From contig JAJPKR010000016.1 in the NCBI GenBank assembly GCA_021323595.1, positions 105,286 to 169,285 of the forward strand: a stretch of 64,000 nucleotides of DNA, in the 5' to 3' direction. Shown piece by piece: positions 18,378-28,755 of the stretch. The notes under the pieces are model-generated. The model saw nothing but the letters and a program-made list of their open reading frames with translations. It was not told the origin of the DNA and made no database searches. The stretch's first letter is position 1. Every line of letters begins with the position of its first letter. The position numbers and the translations under genes are program-made. Origin of the DNA: Terriglobia bacterium. Its GTDB lineage: Bacteria; Acidobacteriota; Terriglobia; Terriglobales; SCQP01.

Positions 18378-19703
18378 ATGTACGCTCGATGCATGGAACT
18401 GGCGGCGAAACGCGAGCTGCTGCGCGAGCTGGCGCTGGCCGTGCTCGCCGATCTGGCGCCTGGGCGCCTGATCGCCGCCCAGTGCCGGCGGGTCGGCGGC
18501 GAGCTGCACGTGGACGATCGCGCCTGGCCGCTGGACCGTCCGATTCTGGTGCTGGCTTACGGCAAAGCCGCCGTGCCGATGGCGCGGGCCATGGAACCGC
18601 TGCTGCACGGCGCCGGTCCCCTCGCCCTGATCGTTTCCGCCCCCGAACGCTTTCTCGCACCCGGCCAGAACCCCGCGCCTTGGGGCGCCGTGCAATCCTT
18701 CGTGGGCGGCCACCCAGAACCCAATGAGGCCAGCGTTGCCGCCGCTCACGCCATGCTCGCCGCCGTGGCCGCCGCACCCGGCGGCAGCCTCATCGTTCAC
18801 TTGGTCTCCGGCGGCGGCTCGGCTTTGCTCGAAGCTCCGTTGCGCGCCGAGCTCTCCGCCGCCGATTTGCGCGCCGCGTATGGCGCCTTGGTGCGCAACG
18901 GCGCGCCCATTCACGAAATCAACGCCCTGCGCAAACATCTATCCGCCGTCAAGGGCGGCCGCCTCGCCGCCGCTGCTCCCGCCAGCGCCGACCAGCTTTC
19001 CCTCATCCTTTCCGATGTGCCGGGCGGCGACTTGAGCAGCGTCGCTTCCGGACCCAGCCTGCCCGACCCCAGCACCGTCGCCGACTGCCGCGCCATGCTC
19101 GCCGCCCACCCCACGCCCCTGCCGCCCGCGATCGCAAGGTTGCTGGCGCACCTGCCCGAGACGCCCAAGCCGGGAGATCCGGCCTTTGCCCGCTCCGCTT
19201 GGCATCTGCTCCTCGACGATCGCGGCGCCGCCGCGCGCCTCGCCGCGCGCGCCCGCGACGCCGGCTGCGTCCCCACCCTCGATCATGCCGCCGACGAATG
19301 GGATTACCGCGCCGCCGCCGCTTACTTGGTCGGACGCATTCGCGAATTGAAGCGCGATCAGCCGCGCGCCTGCCTGATCGCCGCCGGCGAGGTCCGCGTC
19401 GCCTTGAACGGCCCCGCCGGCCGCGGCGGACGCAACCAGATGTTCGCGCTGGAATGCGCCCGGTTGATCGCCGGCGAGCCGCTCTGCGTCCTCAGCCTCG
19501 GCACCGACGGCATTGACGGCGACAGCCCCGCCGCCGGCGCATTGGTGGACGGCACGACCTGCGCTCGCGCCGCCGCCCGCGGCCTCGATCCCGCCCGCGC
19601 GCTGGCGCGCTTCGACGCTTATCCTTTGCTCGCCGCCTTGCGCGACTCCATCGAGATCGGCCGCACCGGCACCAACCTGCGCGATTTGCGCATCTTAATG
19701 TAG
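18378..19703 (+). CDS. glycerate 2-kinase / hydroxypyruvate reductase family (DUF4147 + MOFRL)
   Basis: GKAA.PMA, SGGGSALLE, LRKHLS.VKGGRLA and C-terminal GTDGIDGDSPAAGA..GTNLRDL are typical of MOFRL glycerate kinases. It is divergent from glcDEF. The start is ambiguous between 18378 and 18393. Confidence 0.85.
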   Translation: MYARCMELAAKRELLRELALAVLADLAPGRLIAAQCRRVGGELHVDDRAWPLDRPILVLAYGKAAVPMARAMEPLLHGAGPLALIVSAPERFLAPGQNPAPWGAVQSFVGGHPEPNEASVAAAHAMLAAVAAAPGGSLIVHLVSGGGSALLEAPLRAELSAADLRAAYGALVRNGAPIHEINALRKHLSAVKGGRLAAAAPASADQLSLILSDVPGGDLSSVASGPSLPDPSTVADCRAMLAAHPTPLPPAIARLLAHLPETPKPGDPAFARSAWHLLLDDRGAAARLAARARDAGCVPTLDHAADEWDYRAAAAYLVGRIRELKRDQPRACLIAAGEVRVALNGPAGRGGRNQMFALECARLIAGEPLCVLSLGTDGIDGDSPAAGALVDGTTCARAAARGLDPARALARFDAYPLLAALRDSIEIGRTGTNLRDLRILM

Positions 19704-20516
19704 GTGCCCGGCTCCAGCCCGCAATCGGTCTTGTTGGTGGATGATGATCGCGAGCAGCTCGAGATGAACGCCGCGCTTCTGCGCCGGCTCGGGCTTGCCC
19801 CCAGCATCGCTGCCGGGCCCGCCGCCGCGCTGCGCCGGCTTGCCGAAGAGAACTTCGATTTCGTCGTCACCGATCTTCGCATGGAAACCCCTGCCGACGG
19901 CTTTATCGTCGCCGACGCCGCCAAACTCCTGCATCCCGGTGTCCGCGTCATCCTCACCACCGGCACGTACGATTTGCCCGAAGCTCTGCGTCACGTCGAG
20001 CAAGCCGTGGATACAGTTCTGCTGAAGCCGTTTTCCGCCCAGCAACTCACCGCGGCGCTGGATGTTTCCGGCATGCGGCCTCTCCCCCGCATGGGATTGA
20101 TTGACCTGATCCGTGAGCAGCGGGATTGGCTGCTCGACGAATGGCGGCGGGCTCGCGAAAGCGATCCCGCGCTCGCGCATTTGACGCCGCAGCAGCGCAA
20201 CGATCACCTCTCGGACATCCTCGACGAAGTGCTCACGCTGCGAAAAAAAGACCATAGCGCCGAACATCATGGCGAGACCCGCCGCCTCCAGTCTGTCTCG
20301 CTGGCCGGCACGCTCTCCGACTTGATCGAACTGCGCCGCTTAATGCATGTGCTGGTGGACAAGCACTACGCCCGGCTCGATCCGCCTCAGCTCAACTCTG
20401 ATTTGGCCCGGCTCGATGCCGCGCTCGATCAGGAGATCATCGACAGCGTTCGCGGCCGGGTGCCGGAACTTGCCAATCTCGGCCCGCTTTCGCACCGCCT
20501 GCCCGAAGCAAGCTGA
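19704..20516 (+). CDS. response regulator receiver protein with uncharacterised C-terminal domain
   Basis: REC domain: LLVDDD...DFVVTDLRM (phospho-acceptor Asp context) ...ILTTG. The C-terminal ~140 aa are helical and I do not recognise them. The GTG start directly abuts the stop of the upstream kinase gene. Confidence 0.8.
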   Translation: MPGSSPQSVLLVDDDREQLEMNAALLRRLGLAPSIAAGPAAALRRLAEENFDFVVTDLRMETPADGFIVADAAKLLHPGVRVILTTGTYDLPEALRHVEQAVDTVLLKPFSAQQLTAALDVSGMRPLPRMGLIDLIREQRDWLLDEWRRARESDPALAHLTPQQRNDHLSDILDEVLTLRKKDHSAEHHGETRRLQSVSLAGTLSDLIELRRLMHVLVDKHYARLDPPQLNSDLARLDAALDQEIIDSVRGRVPELANLGPLSHRLPEAS

Positions 20517-20642
20517 CACCGGCGCCCGACGCCGCCGCCCGGCGCGGCCCGCGGCTGCCCTCCACCCCCTTCCTTGGGCCGGTTGTAAGCCGGATTCCAG
20601 AGCGTTTCGCGCCGCCGGGGTCCGCGCTACGCTGGGTCTTCT

Positions 20643-21449
20643 ATGCCCCCGATCAAGCGCCCGAGCGACCCCAGCGGCAAGAAATGGGGCGCCAGCCCGC
20701 TTCGCAAGCTGGATATTCTCGCCCTGGCCGCCCACCGCGACGACGTCGAGCAAACCTGTGGCGGCACCTTGCTGCGAATGGCGCAGCACGGCATGGTGAC
20801 CGGCATCCTCGATCTCACTCGCGGCGAAGCCGGCACCCGCGGCACCGCCATCGAGCGCGGCGTCGAGGCCGAGCGGGCCGCCGCCCTGCTGGCCGTGCAG
20901 TGGCGCGGCAATCTCGGCCTCCCCGACGGCCAGCTCGAGCTCTCTTGGGATGCCAAACGCCGCATCGCTGAAGTCATTCGCGCCACTCAGCCGCGCATCT
21001 TGCTGGCGCCTTTTCCTCAGGCCCGCCATCCCGACCATGCCATTAGCGGCCGCCTCGCCTACGAAGCCGCCTTCGTCGCCGGCTTGAAGAATCTCTCCGT
21101 CGCCGCCGACGCCGGCGGCGCCTTCCGCCCGCATACCGTGCTCTATGCCTCTCTGTACGCTAACGAGCGCCCCACGCTCGTCGTGGACATCACCGACCAG
21201 TTCGAGGCGCGCCTGCAATCGCTCCTCGCCTACCATTCGCAATATTCGGATCAGAACGCGGGCAAAGAGATCTTTCCGCCGCACCAAGACGTCGCCGCGC
21301 GCGTGGAAGCCCTGGCGCGCCATTTCGGCATGATGGTCGGCGTCAAGTACGGCGAGCCGTTCATCAGTCCCACGCCGTTGCGCGTCGGCGACTTGCGCGC
21401 CATCGAGTGCGACACCTTCACCGTCGGCGGCATCATCACCCCGTTTTAG
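20643..21449 (+). CDS. PIG-L/LmbE-family N-acetylglucosaminyl deacetylase (BshB1-like)
   Basis: LDILALAAHRDDVEQTCGGTLL (AHPDD-type zinc motif variant), HPDH and YHSQ motifs are typical of LmbE/BshB. Confidence 0.8.
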   Translation: MPPIKRPSDPSGKKWGASPLRKLDILALAAHRDDVEQTCGGTLLRMAQHGMVTGILDLTRGEAGTRGTAIERGVEAERAAALLAVQWRGNLGLPDGQLELSWDAKRRIAEVIRATQPRILLAPFPQARHPDHAISGRLAYEAAFVAGLKNLSVAADAGGAFRPHTVLYASLYANERPTLVVDITDQFEARLQSLLAYHSQYSDQNAGKEIFPPHQDVAARVEALARHFGMMVGVKYGEPFISPTPLRVGDLRAIECDTFTVGGIITPF

Positions 21450-21702
21450 CCGGCGCCCGCCGCTCCGCCGCGAGCCGCTCCCCCTGCCGCGCCCGCCGTT
21501 GCGCGGCCATGAACTGCTTGCGGCTGCGGTAGAGCGCCGCCGTCAGCCGCCGCAAGGTCAGGTTGCGCAGCGGCAGCGCCAGCGTCGTGCGTGTCACCGG
21601 ATCGTTCAGCCACACTGACCCTTCGCGCACGCCCAAACAGTGAGCGCCAGCCGCCGCGATCAGCTCGGCCGCCCGGCTTGCCGATAAAAGCGCCTCGCTC
21701 AT
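21436..21702 (-). CDS. hypothetical small protein (88 aa)
   Basis: Start at MSEALL inside track ORF 21436..21828. Third-position GC is high. No recognisable motif. Confidence 0.4.
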   Translation of the reverse strand: MSEALLSASRAAELIAAAGAHCLGVREGSVWLNDPVTRTTLALPLRNLTLRRLTAALYRSRKQFMAAQRRARQGERLAAERRAPAKTG

Positions 21703-21877
21703 GACGCCTGCGCCCAGCGTCGCACGAATTCCGAGTAGGCGGGTAGCGGCTCCGATTCGCCGCCTGGCCGCTGTCCGCTGCGTGAGCCTTTCGGCCGATC
21801 GGCCCTTGCAAGCGTCACGCGGCCCCAAATCCCCGATCTGCGATGCCTGACTCGTGTACGCTGATGAGGTCCCTGCA

Positions 21878-24800
21878 ATGCGCCGCCTGAGTCTTCCCGC
21901 CCTGTTCGCTTGCGTTTTCCTTTGCGCGGCCGCGTCCGCGCCGGCGGCGGCCGCCGCAAATCCCGAAGCTGCCGTCCGCGCGAATAATCGCGGGGTCGCC
22001 TACATGGATCGCAGCGCTTTCGCGCAAGCGGCTCAGGAGTTCACGGCCGCCTTGCGCCTCGACCCCTCGCTGCTCGAAGCCCGCACCAATCTCGGCATCG
22101 CCTATTACGCCGCCGGCAACGACGCCGCCGCCGAGCCCGTGCTGGAAGCCGCGCTGCGCCACGACTCCGGCGATCTCCGCGCCCATTACGTGCTCGGCCT
22201 GATCGCGCGCAACCACGGCCGGTATCAAGCCGCCCTCGATCAATTTCTCTACGTGGTGCGGCGCGAGCCCCGCGATAAGAGCGCCAACTATTTCACCGGC
22301 TACACCCTGCTCCGGCTCGGCCGTCCGGCCGACGCGATCGGCTATCTGAACCGCGCTCTGGAAGCCGATCCCAACGATGTCTCGGCGCTGTTCAACCTCG
22401 CCAACGCCTATCGCGCCCAGCACGACATGCCGCGGGCGATGGCTTACTTCAAGCGATTCGAGCAAGTGCGGCAATCCTCGCCGCTCAATACCGCCGCCTC
22501 GCTCGTCTATGGCGATGAAGGGCAACTGGCCATGGCTTCAGCGACAGTGCCGCCGGGGCTGCGGCCGGCGCCGCGGGCGCAGCCGGTCCGCTTCGTGGAC
22601 GCCACCGCCGCCGCCGGCGTGCAGTTTCGCAGCCATACGCCGACCCGCTTCCCCGGCCCCGGCGCCTGCGCCTTCGACGCTGAAGGCGATGGGCGTCCCG
22701 ACCTGTTTTTCGTGAACGGCGACGGCCCGCCCGCCCTCTACCGCAATCTGGGGGGCGGCCGCTTCGAAGACGTCACGCGCGCGGCCGGCCTCGAGCAGCC
22801 GATGCACGGCCTCGGTTGCGCCGTCGGCGACTACGACAACGACGGGCGGCCTGATCTGCTGGTCACCGAGGCCCATCACTTGCTGCTGTTCCACAATCTC
22901 GGCGGCGGCCGCTTCGCCGAAGTCGCCGCCCAGGTCGGCCTCGCCGTGCCCGCTTCCGCTCACCCCGATTTCCTGGCGGCCGCCTGGATCGATCTCGACC
23001 ATGACGGCTACCTCGATATCGTCGTCACCGACGCCGCCGCGGGCGGCCGCGTTCATGTCTTCCACAATCTCGGCACCGGCCATTTCAAGGACATATCCGC
23101 CTCCTCGCGGATCGGCCAGTCGCCGGCTTCCTATCAGGGCTTGGTGGCCACCGACTTCGACAATGACCGCGACATTGACGTGGTTTTGGCGCGCGCCAAC
23201 GGTCCCGCTTCGATCTTCTCGAACCTGCGCAACGGCGCTTTCGCCGAGGTCCGCCCCTGGGCGCAGGCGGTAACACCGCTGATTAGCGGTGCTCGCGCCG
23301 TGCTCGCCCTCGACTATAACCACGACTTTTGGATGGACCTCTTCTTCACCCGCATCGCCGGCCCGCCGGTGTTGCTCGGCGCCACCGGGGAGAAGCGCTT
23401 TCGCCCGGTTCCCTTGCCCGCCGCCAATGCCGGCCTGAGCGACGGCTGGGGCGCCACCGCGCTCGACTACGACAACGACGGCTTCGCCGACCTCGCCTTC
23501 ATCGCCTCGCGCCACGGGCGCCAATCGCTCTTCCTCTATCGCAACCTCGGCGACGGCACCTTCGCCGACGCTACCGCCGCGACCGGCCTCGACCGCATTC
23601 CCCTCCATGACGCCCGCACCGTTCTGGCGGTGGATTGGGCGGGCGACGGCCGTCCCGGCTTGGTCGTCACCCAGGCCGGCGGTCCCGCCATCCTGCTGCG
23701 CAATGTTCCATCGGCGGCGGCCGCGCCCAACCGCTTCCTTAAAGTGAAACTTGAGGGGCTGAAAGACAACAAGCTCGGCATCGGCAGCAAGGTCACCGTG
23801 CGCGCCGCCGGGCTGGCGCAGAAGACCGAAGTCGAGGGCGGCAGCGGCTATCTCGGCGAAAATCCGCCCGCCCAGCTCTTCGGCCTGGGCGGCTCCGGCC
23901 CTGCCGACTCGGTGACCATTCGCTGGCCCACCGGCGTGCTGCAAGCCGAACTGCCCCCCGCCGGCCAGTCGAGCGTTCATTATGTCGAGCTCAACCGCAA
24001 AGGCGGCTCTTGCCCGGTCCTTTACTCCTGGAACGGCCGGCGCTTCCAGTTCATTGACGACATCACCGGTCCGGGCGTGATCGGCGAGTGGACGGGTCCG
24101 GGGCAATACGATTCGCCGCAGCCCTCCGAATGTCTCCGCCTGCCCGCCGGCTCCGTCGTGCCGCGGCACGGGCGCCTCGAATTTCGCTTCACCGACGGGA
24201 TGGAAGAAGTCATTTACCTCGATCGCGTCGGATTGATGGCAGTGGATCACCCTGCCGGGATCGAAGTCTTCGATAACGACCGCTGGCAGCCCGACGGTCC
24301 GCCGCCCGCGTTCCGCCTCTGGGCCGTCGCGCACGCTCATCCGCCGCTCGCCGCCACCGACGAAAGCGGGCGCGACCTGCTGCCGTATCTGCTGCCGGGA
24401 CATCCCGGCCGCTACACGCCGATTGCCGCCCGCTCGCCGTTCCCGGGCTACGTCGGCCTGCACACGCTGACCCTCGACCTTGGCGATCTGCGTCAGGCCC
24501 ACACCGCGCAGCTTTTGCTCCATGGCTGGACCGATTACTATTTCCCCGACACCGCCTGGACCGCCTTTTACGCCGGCATTCCCACCGTGCCGCCCGCGCT
24601 GCAATTGCCCGATGGGCACGGCGGCTGGCGCACCGTCGTGAATTCGGTCGGCGCGCCCGCCGGGCTGCCGCGCTGGATGGTGATTGACCTCACGCCCTGG
24701 CTCGGCCCGCGCGGCGCGTTGGCGCGGCGGGACGCGCGCCTGCGCTTGCGCACCAACCTCGCCATCTACTGGGATCGCGCGCTCGTGAGCGTGGACCCGC

Positions 24801-25336
24801 CGCAGCCGCCGCTGCGCGTCGAGCATCTCCGCGCCGCGAGCGCCACGCTGCGCTGGCTCGGCTTTCCCGATCAGGTCGCTTCCTCGCCCGAGGTGTACGA
24901 CTACGACAAGGTCTTGCAGGACGTCGGCTTCCGCGCCCCCGCCGGCAACTACACGCGCTACGGCGATGTGCGCGACCTGCTCGCGGCCACCGACGATCGC
25001 TACGCCATCATGGCGCCCGGCGACGAGGTAGCCGTCGGCTTTGACGCGTCCGCCCTGCCGCCGCTGCCGCCCGGCTGGCAGCGGACTTATTTCTTTTGCG
25101 CTGACGCCTTCACCAAAGGCCGCGACTTCCTCGACGCGCACCCCGATACCGTCGGCCCCTTGCCCCTGCACGGCCTTCCCTACCCGACGCCGCCGCACAA
25201 CCCGGTCTCCGTCGCCCTGCTGCGCTACCGCCTCGAATACAACACCCGCCACCTGCCCGCCATGAATGCCGCCGAAAAGCTTGTGAACGAAAGGCCGAAA
25301 CCGCTGACCGAAGGAGCTCATGGCTCATTGCGTTAG
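21878..25336 (+). CDS. secreted TPR + FG-GAP/VCBS repeat + ASPIC/UnbV domain protein (CRTAC1-like) with long C-terminal extension
   Basis: Signal peptide MRRLSLPALFACVFLCAAASAPAAAA. N-terminal TPR repeats. Repeated D.DGDG.PDL/VT FG-GAP-like units. ASPIC/UnbV signature (IGSKVTVRAAG..QKTEVEGGSGYLGENP..LFGLG). About 450 further residues follow. Confidence 0.9.
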   Translation: MRRLSLPALFACVFLCAAASAPAAAAANPEAAVRANNRGVAYMDRSAFAQAAQEFTAALRLDPSLLEARTNLGIAYYAAGNDAAAEPVLEAALRHDSGDLRAHYVLGLIARNHGRYQAALDQFLYVVRREPRDKSANYFTGYTLLRLGRPADAIGYLNRALEADPNDVSALFNLANAYRAQHDMPRAMAYFKRFEQVRQSSPLNTAASLVYGDEGQLAMASATVPPGLRPAPRAQPVRFVDATAAAGVQFRSHTPTRFPGPGACAFDAEGDGRPDLFFVNGDGPPALYRNLGGGRFEDVTRAAGLEQPMHGLGCAVGDYDNDGRPDLLVTEAHHLLLFHNLGGGRFAEVAAQVGLAVPASAHPDFLAAAWIDLDHDGYLDIVVTDAAAGGRVHVFHNLGTGHFKDISASSRIGQSPASYQGLVATDFDNDRDIDVVLARANGPASIFSNLRNGAFAEVRPWAQAVTPLISGARAVLALDYNHDFWMDLFFTRIAGPPVLLGATGEKRFRPVPLPAANAGLSDGWGATALDYDNDGFADLAFIASRHGRQSLFLYRNLGDGTFADATAATGLDRIPLHDARTVLAVDWAGDGRPGLVVTQAGGPAILLRNVPSAAAAPNRFLKVKLEGLKDNKLGIGSKVTVRAAGLAQKTEVEGGSGYLGENPPAQLFGLGGSGPADSVTIRWPTGVLQAELPPAGQSSVHYVELNRKGGSCPVLYSWNGRRFQFIDDITGPGVIGEWTGPGQYDSPQPSECLRLPAGSVVPRHGRLEFRFTDGMEEVIYLDRVGLMAVDHPAGIEVFDNDRWQPDGPPPAFRLWAVAHAHPPLAATDESGRDLLPYLLPGHPGRYTPIAARSPFPGYVGLHTLTLDLGDLRQAHTAQLLLHGWTDYYFPDTAWTAFYAGIPTVPPALQLPDGHGGWRTVVNSVGAPAGLPRWMVIDLTPWLGPRGALARRDARLRLRTNLAIYWDRALVSVDPPQPPLRVEHLRAASATLRWLGFPDQVASSPEVYDYDKVLQDVGFRAPAGNYTRYGDVRDLLAATDDRYAIMAPGDEVAVGFDASALPPLPPGWQRTYFFCADAFTKGRDFLDAHPDTVGPLPLHGLPYPTPPHNPVSVALLRYRLEYNTRHLPAMNAAEKLVNERPKPLTEGAHGSLR

Positions 25337-25643
25337 GCAATCCCTTAGTCGAGTGAACACCGATTTGGAGAAACCGTTCCCGGCTAGGAGGCCAAAGGCT
25401 CCGATGGCGGTAGCGAGACCCAAGCCGCCTCGACGTTAAAGGTGCGCGAAATGCGCCGATGCGGTCGGATTCGCACCGACGATCAACCGGTTCGACGCTA
25501 AGAGGGGAACCACGAGGTGGAAGCGGCGCTGGAACGTGCGCGTTGCGCGTCGATCCAAGGTCGTGCTCGTCGGGGCGAGGGAGAACAGGTCGTTCGCTCG
25601 CCGGGGCGGTTGCGCATCCTTACGGCGTTGACCTAGCATCATT

Positions 25644-26426
25644 GTGCGGATGCCCATCTCGGCCATCATCGTGGATGACGAGCAGCTCGCGCGCGACGAG
25701 CTCGCCTATCTGCTGCGCTCGTTTCCGGAGGTGGAGGTCGTCGCGCAAGGGCGCAACGGCGTCGAGGCCGTCCATCTCGTACGCGATCATCAGCCGGCCT
25801 TGCTGTTCCTGGACGTGCAGATGCCCGGTCTCGACGGCTTCGGCGTCGTCAAGCGGCTGCGCGAGCGCAAGCTGCCGATGCCGCAGTTGATCTTCGCGAC
25901 GGCCTACGACCAATACGCCGTGCAGGCCTTCGAAGTCAACGCCGTGGACTACCTGCTCAAGCCCTTCGACAAGGCCCGGCTGGCGCAGGCGCTCGAAAAA
26001 GCCATGCGCCACCTCGAGTCCCCCGCCGGTTCGGCGCAGAAGATCGATCGCGTGCTGGAACTGCTCGAAACCCGCCACGGCCCGCCCGCGCTCGCCAAGC
26101 TGCCGGTCAAGGCCAACGGCCGGCATTTTCTGCTCGACCAGAACGAGGTGATCTATGCCCGCATCGAAGACGGCGTGATCACCGTCGTCGCCAATCAGCT
26201 CGAGGGCACCGCCAACTGCCGCACGATCGAAGAGCTGCAGGCCGCGCTCGATTCCAAACTCTTCTGGCGCGCCCATCGCTCCTATTTGGTCAATCTCAAT
26301 CGCATCAAGGAAGTCGTCCCCTGGTTCAACAGCAGCTATCAACTGCGCATGGACGACAAGAAACAAACCGAGATTCCCGTCAGCCGCACCCAGAGCCGCC
26401 AGTTGCGCGGCCTCTTCAACCTGTAA
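25644..26426 (+). CDS. LytR/AlgR-family two-component response regulator (REC + LytTR DNA-binding domain)
   Basis: IIVDDE...LLFLDVQMPGLDGF receiver and a C-terminal LytTR region (FWRAHRSYLVNLNRIKEV). No histidine kinase is adjacent. An ATG alternative exists at 25650. Confidence 0.9.
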   Translation: MRMPISAIIVDDEQLARDELAYLLRSFPEVEVVAQGRNGVEAVHLVRDHQPALLFLDVQMPGLDGFGVVKRLRERKLPMPQLIFATAYDQYAVQAFEVNAVDYLLKPFDKARLAQALEKAMRHLESPAGSAQKIDRVLELLETRHGPPALAKLPVKANGRHFLLDQNEVIYARIEDGVITVVANQLEGTANCRTIEELQAALDSKLFWRAHRSYLVNLNRIKEVVPWFNSSYQLRMDDKKQTEIPVSRTQSRQLRGLFNL

Positions 26427-26589
26427 TCGCCAACCGCGCGCGGGCCGGCCGGCGCGGGCATCGTTCGCGCCGGCTTCCGATTCGGGTCGTGCCGGCGTGC
26501 GCCGAATCCGCCCGACCGGTCAGTAACGAGCCGTCGACCGCCGTTGCCGTTGACCCGCGCTTGCCCGCCTTCAATAATGAAATGTCCCC

Positions 26590-28752
26590 ATGGCGACGAA
26601 AACCGAAGGCATCGCCTCGCCGCTCAAGCCCAATGCTTCCGGGCTGAGCCCGCAGCGCATTCTCGACCTGTATCGAGTCATGCTGCTTTCCCGGCGCTTG
26701 GACGATCGCGAAATTCTTCTCAAACGCCAGCAAAAAATCTTCTTCCAGATCAGCGGCGCCGGCCATGAAGCCGTGCTCGCCGCCGCCGGCGACCTGCTGC
26801 GGCCGGCCTACGACTGGTTTTACACGTACTACCGCGACCGCGCGCTCTGCCTGCGGCTGGGCGTGACGCCCGAGGCGATGCTGCTGCAAGCCGTCGGGGC
26901 GGCCGACGATCCCGGCAGCGGCGGGCGCCAGATGCCCTCCCACTGGAGCGCGCCCGCGCTCAACATCGTCAGCAGCTCGAGCCCCACCGGCACGCAGTTC
27001 CTGCAGGCCGTCGGATGCGCCGAAGCCGGCCGCTATTACAATCGCCATCCCGAGATCGCTGCCTGGCTCGAGGCCCATCCCGCGCCGCTGCCGCCGCGCT
27101 GGCAAGGCGACGAAGTCGTTTACTGTTCGTCCGGCGAGGGCGCCACCAGCGAAGGGGAGTTTTGGGAAGCGATCTCGTGCGCCGCGCGCGAGCGCCTGCC
27201 CGTCCTGTTCCTGATTGAGGACAACGGCTACGCGATCTCGGTCCCGGTCGAAGTGCAGACGCCCGGCGCCAGCATTTCGCGCGTGCTCGCCGGCATGCCC
27301 GATCTTTTTCTCGTCGAGTGCGACGGCTGCGATCTCTTCGACAGCTATCAAGCCTTGGAGCGCGCCATCGCGCATTGCCGCGCGAGCCGCGGCCCGGCGC
27401 TGGTGCACGCCCACGTCGTGCGCCCCTACTCGCACTCGCTCTCCGACGACGAACGCCTGTACAAGCCCGAGGCCGAGCGCGAGGCCGAGGCGCGGCGAGA
27501 TCCGCTGCGCCGCCTCGCCGCCTACCTCCAGCAGGAGGGCATCGCGGGCGCGGGCGAGCTCGAACGCCTCGAATCCGAGGTCGAAGCCGAAATTCTCGCC
27601 GCCACCGATCGCGCGCTCGCGGCCGCGCCCGCCGCGCCCGCCGGCGCCTATGACTTCATCTATTCACCCAGCGTCGATCCCACGGCGGCGGCTTTCGACA
27701 CCGAAGCCGCCGCCCCCGCCTCCGGTGAGCCGCAGACGATGGTGGATCTGATCAACGCCTGCCTCAGGGACGAGATGAAGCGCGACCCGCGCATCGTGGT
27801 CTTCGGCGAAGATGTCGCCGACGCCAGCCGCGAGGAGGTCCTGGAGGAAGTCAAGGGCAAGGGCGGCGTCTTCAAGGTCACGGCCGGCTTGCAGCGCAAA
27901 TTCGGCGCCGACCGCGCGTTCAATACGCCCTTGGCGGAAGCCGCCATCGTCGGCCGCGCCATCGGCATGGCCACGCGCGGCCTGAAGCCGGTGCCGGAAG
28001 TGCAGTTTTTCGACTATCTCTGGCCGGCGATGATGCAGATTCGCAACGAGCTCAGCACGCTGCGCTGGCGCTCGCACGGCGGCTTCGCCGCCCCCGTCGT
28101 CTTGCGCGTGCCCATCGGCGGCTACTTGACCGGCGGCGCCATTTACCACAGCCAATCGGGCGAAAGCATCTTCACCCATCTGCCCGGCCTGCGCGTCGTC
28201 ATGCCCGCCAATGCGCTGGACGCCAACGGCCTGCTGCGCACCGCGCTGCGCGCCGACGATCCGGTGCTTTTTCTCGAGCACAAGCGCCTTTACCGCGAGC
28301 CCTTCAACCGCGCTCCCAATCCCGGAGCCGACTTCTGCATCCCCTTCGGCAAGGCGCGCCGCGTCCGCGCCGGCGGCGACCTGACCCTCGTCACCTACGG
28401 TGCGCTAGTGCAGCGCTCGCTGCAGGCGGCGCAGCGCCTGGCGCAGGAGGGCGAAGGCGAAATCGAGATCCTGGACCTGCGCTCGCTCAGCCCCTACGAC
28501 TGGGATGCCATCGTGGCGTCGGTACGTAAGACCTCGCGCCTGCTGATCGCGCACGAAGACATGATCAGCTGGGGCTACGGCGCCGAGCTCGCCGCCCGCG
28601 CCGCCGACGAACTTTTCGACGATCTCGACGCGCCCGTGCGCCGCGTCGCCGGCAAGGACCTTTACTGCGCGTATCAGCCTGCGCTCGAGGACTTCATCCT
28701 GCCGCAAGCGGAGGACGTCTATCAGGCCGCGCGCGCCTTGCTACGCTATTAA
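26590..28752 (+). CDS. 2-oxoacid dehydrogenase E1 component, fused alpha and beta subunits (TPP-dependent)
   Basis: The N-terminal half is E1-alpha-like (TPP-binding [13 protein letters not shown], ..DNGYAIS). The C-terminal half is E1-beta/transketolase-pyrimidine-like (FGEDV...[14 protein letters not shown]). Single 720-aa ORF. Confidence 0.9.
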   Translation: MATKTEGIASPLKPNASGLSPQRILDLYRVMLLSRRLDDREILLKRQQKIFFQISGAGHEAVLAAAGDLLRPAYDWFYTYYRDRALCLRLGVTPEAMLLQAVGAADDPGSGGRQMPSHWSAPALNIVSSSSPTGTQFLQAVGCAEAGRYYNRHPEIAAWLEAHPAPLPPRWQGDEVVYCSSGEGATSEGEFWEAISCAARERLPVLFLIEDNGYAISVPVEVQTPGASISRVLAGMPDLFLVECDGCDLFDSYQALERAIAHCRASRGPALVHAHVVRPYSHSLSDDERLYKPEAEREAEARRDPLRRLAAYLQQEGIAGAGELERLESEVEAEILAATDRALAAAPAAPAGAYDFIYSPSVDPTAAAFDTEAAAPASGEPQTMVDLINACLRDEMKRDPRIVVFGEDVADASREEVLEEVKGKGGVFKVTAGLQRKFGADRAFNTPLAEAAIVGRAIGMATRGLKPVPEVQFFDYLWPAMMQIRNELSTLRWRSHGGFAAPVVLRVPIGGYLTGGAIYHSQSGESIFTHLPGLRVVMPANALDANGLLRTALRADDPVLFLEHKRLYREPFNRAPNPGADFCIPFGKARRVRAGGDLTLVTYGALVQRSLQAAQRLAQEGEGEIEILDLRSLSPYDWDAIVASVRKTSRLLIAHEDMISWGYGAELAARAADELFDDLDAPVRRVAGKDLYCAYQPALEDFILPQAEDVYQAARALLRY

Positions 28753-28755
28753 GCG

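Noticed and set aside
22538-25321. 927-aa minus-strand ORF.
   Set aside because: It is the antisense shadow of the TPR/FG-GAP/ASPIC gene, with no protein-like motifs.
25337-25643. Cobalamin riboswitch (AGAGGGGAACC..GGTGGAAG resembles the AGGGAA..GGTG core).
   Set aside because: There is no B12 box (GCCACTG-like) and no plausible pairing scheme, and the downstream gene (a LytTR regulator) is not a typical B12-regulated gene.
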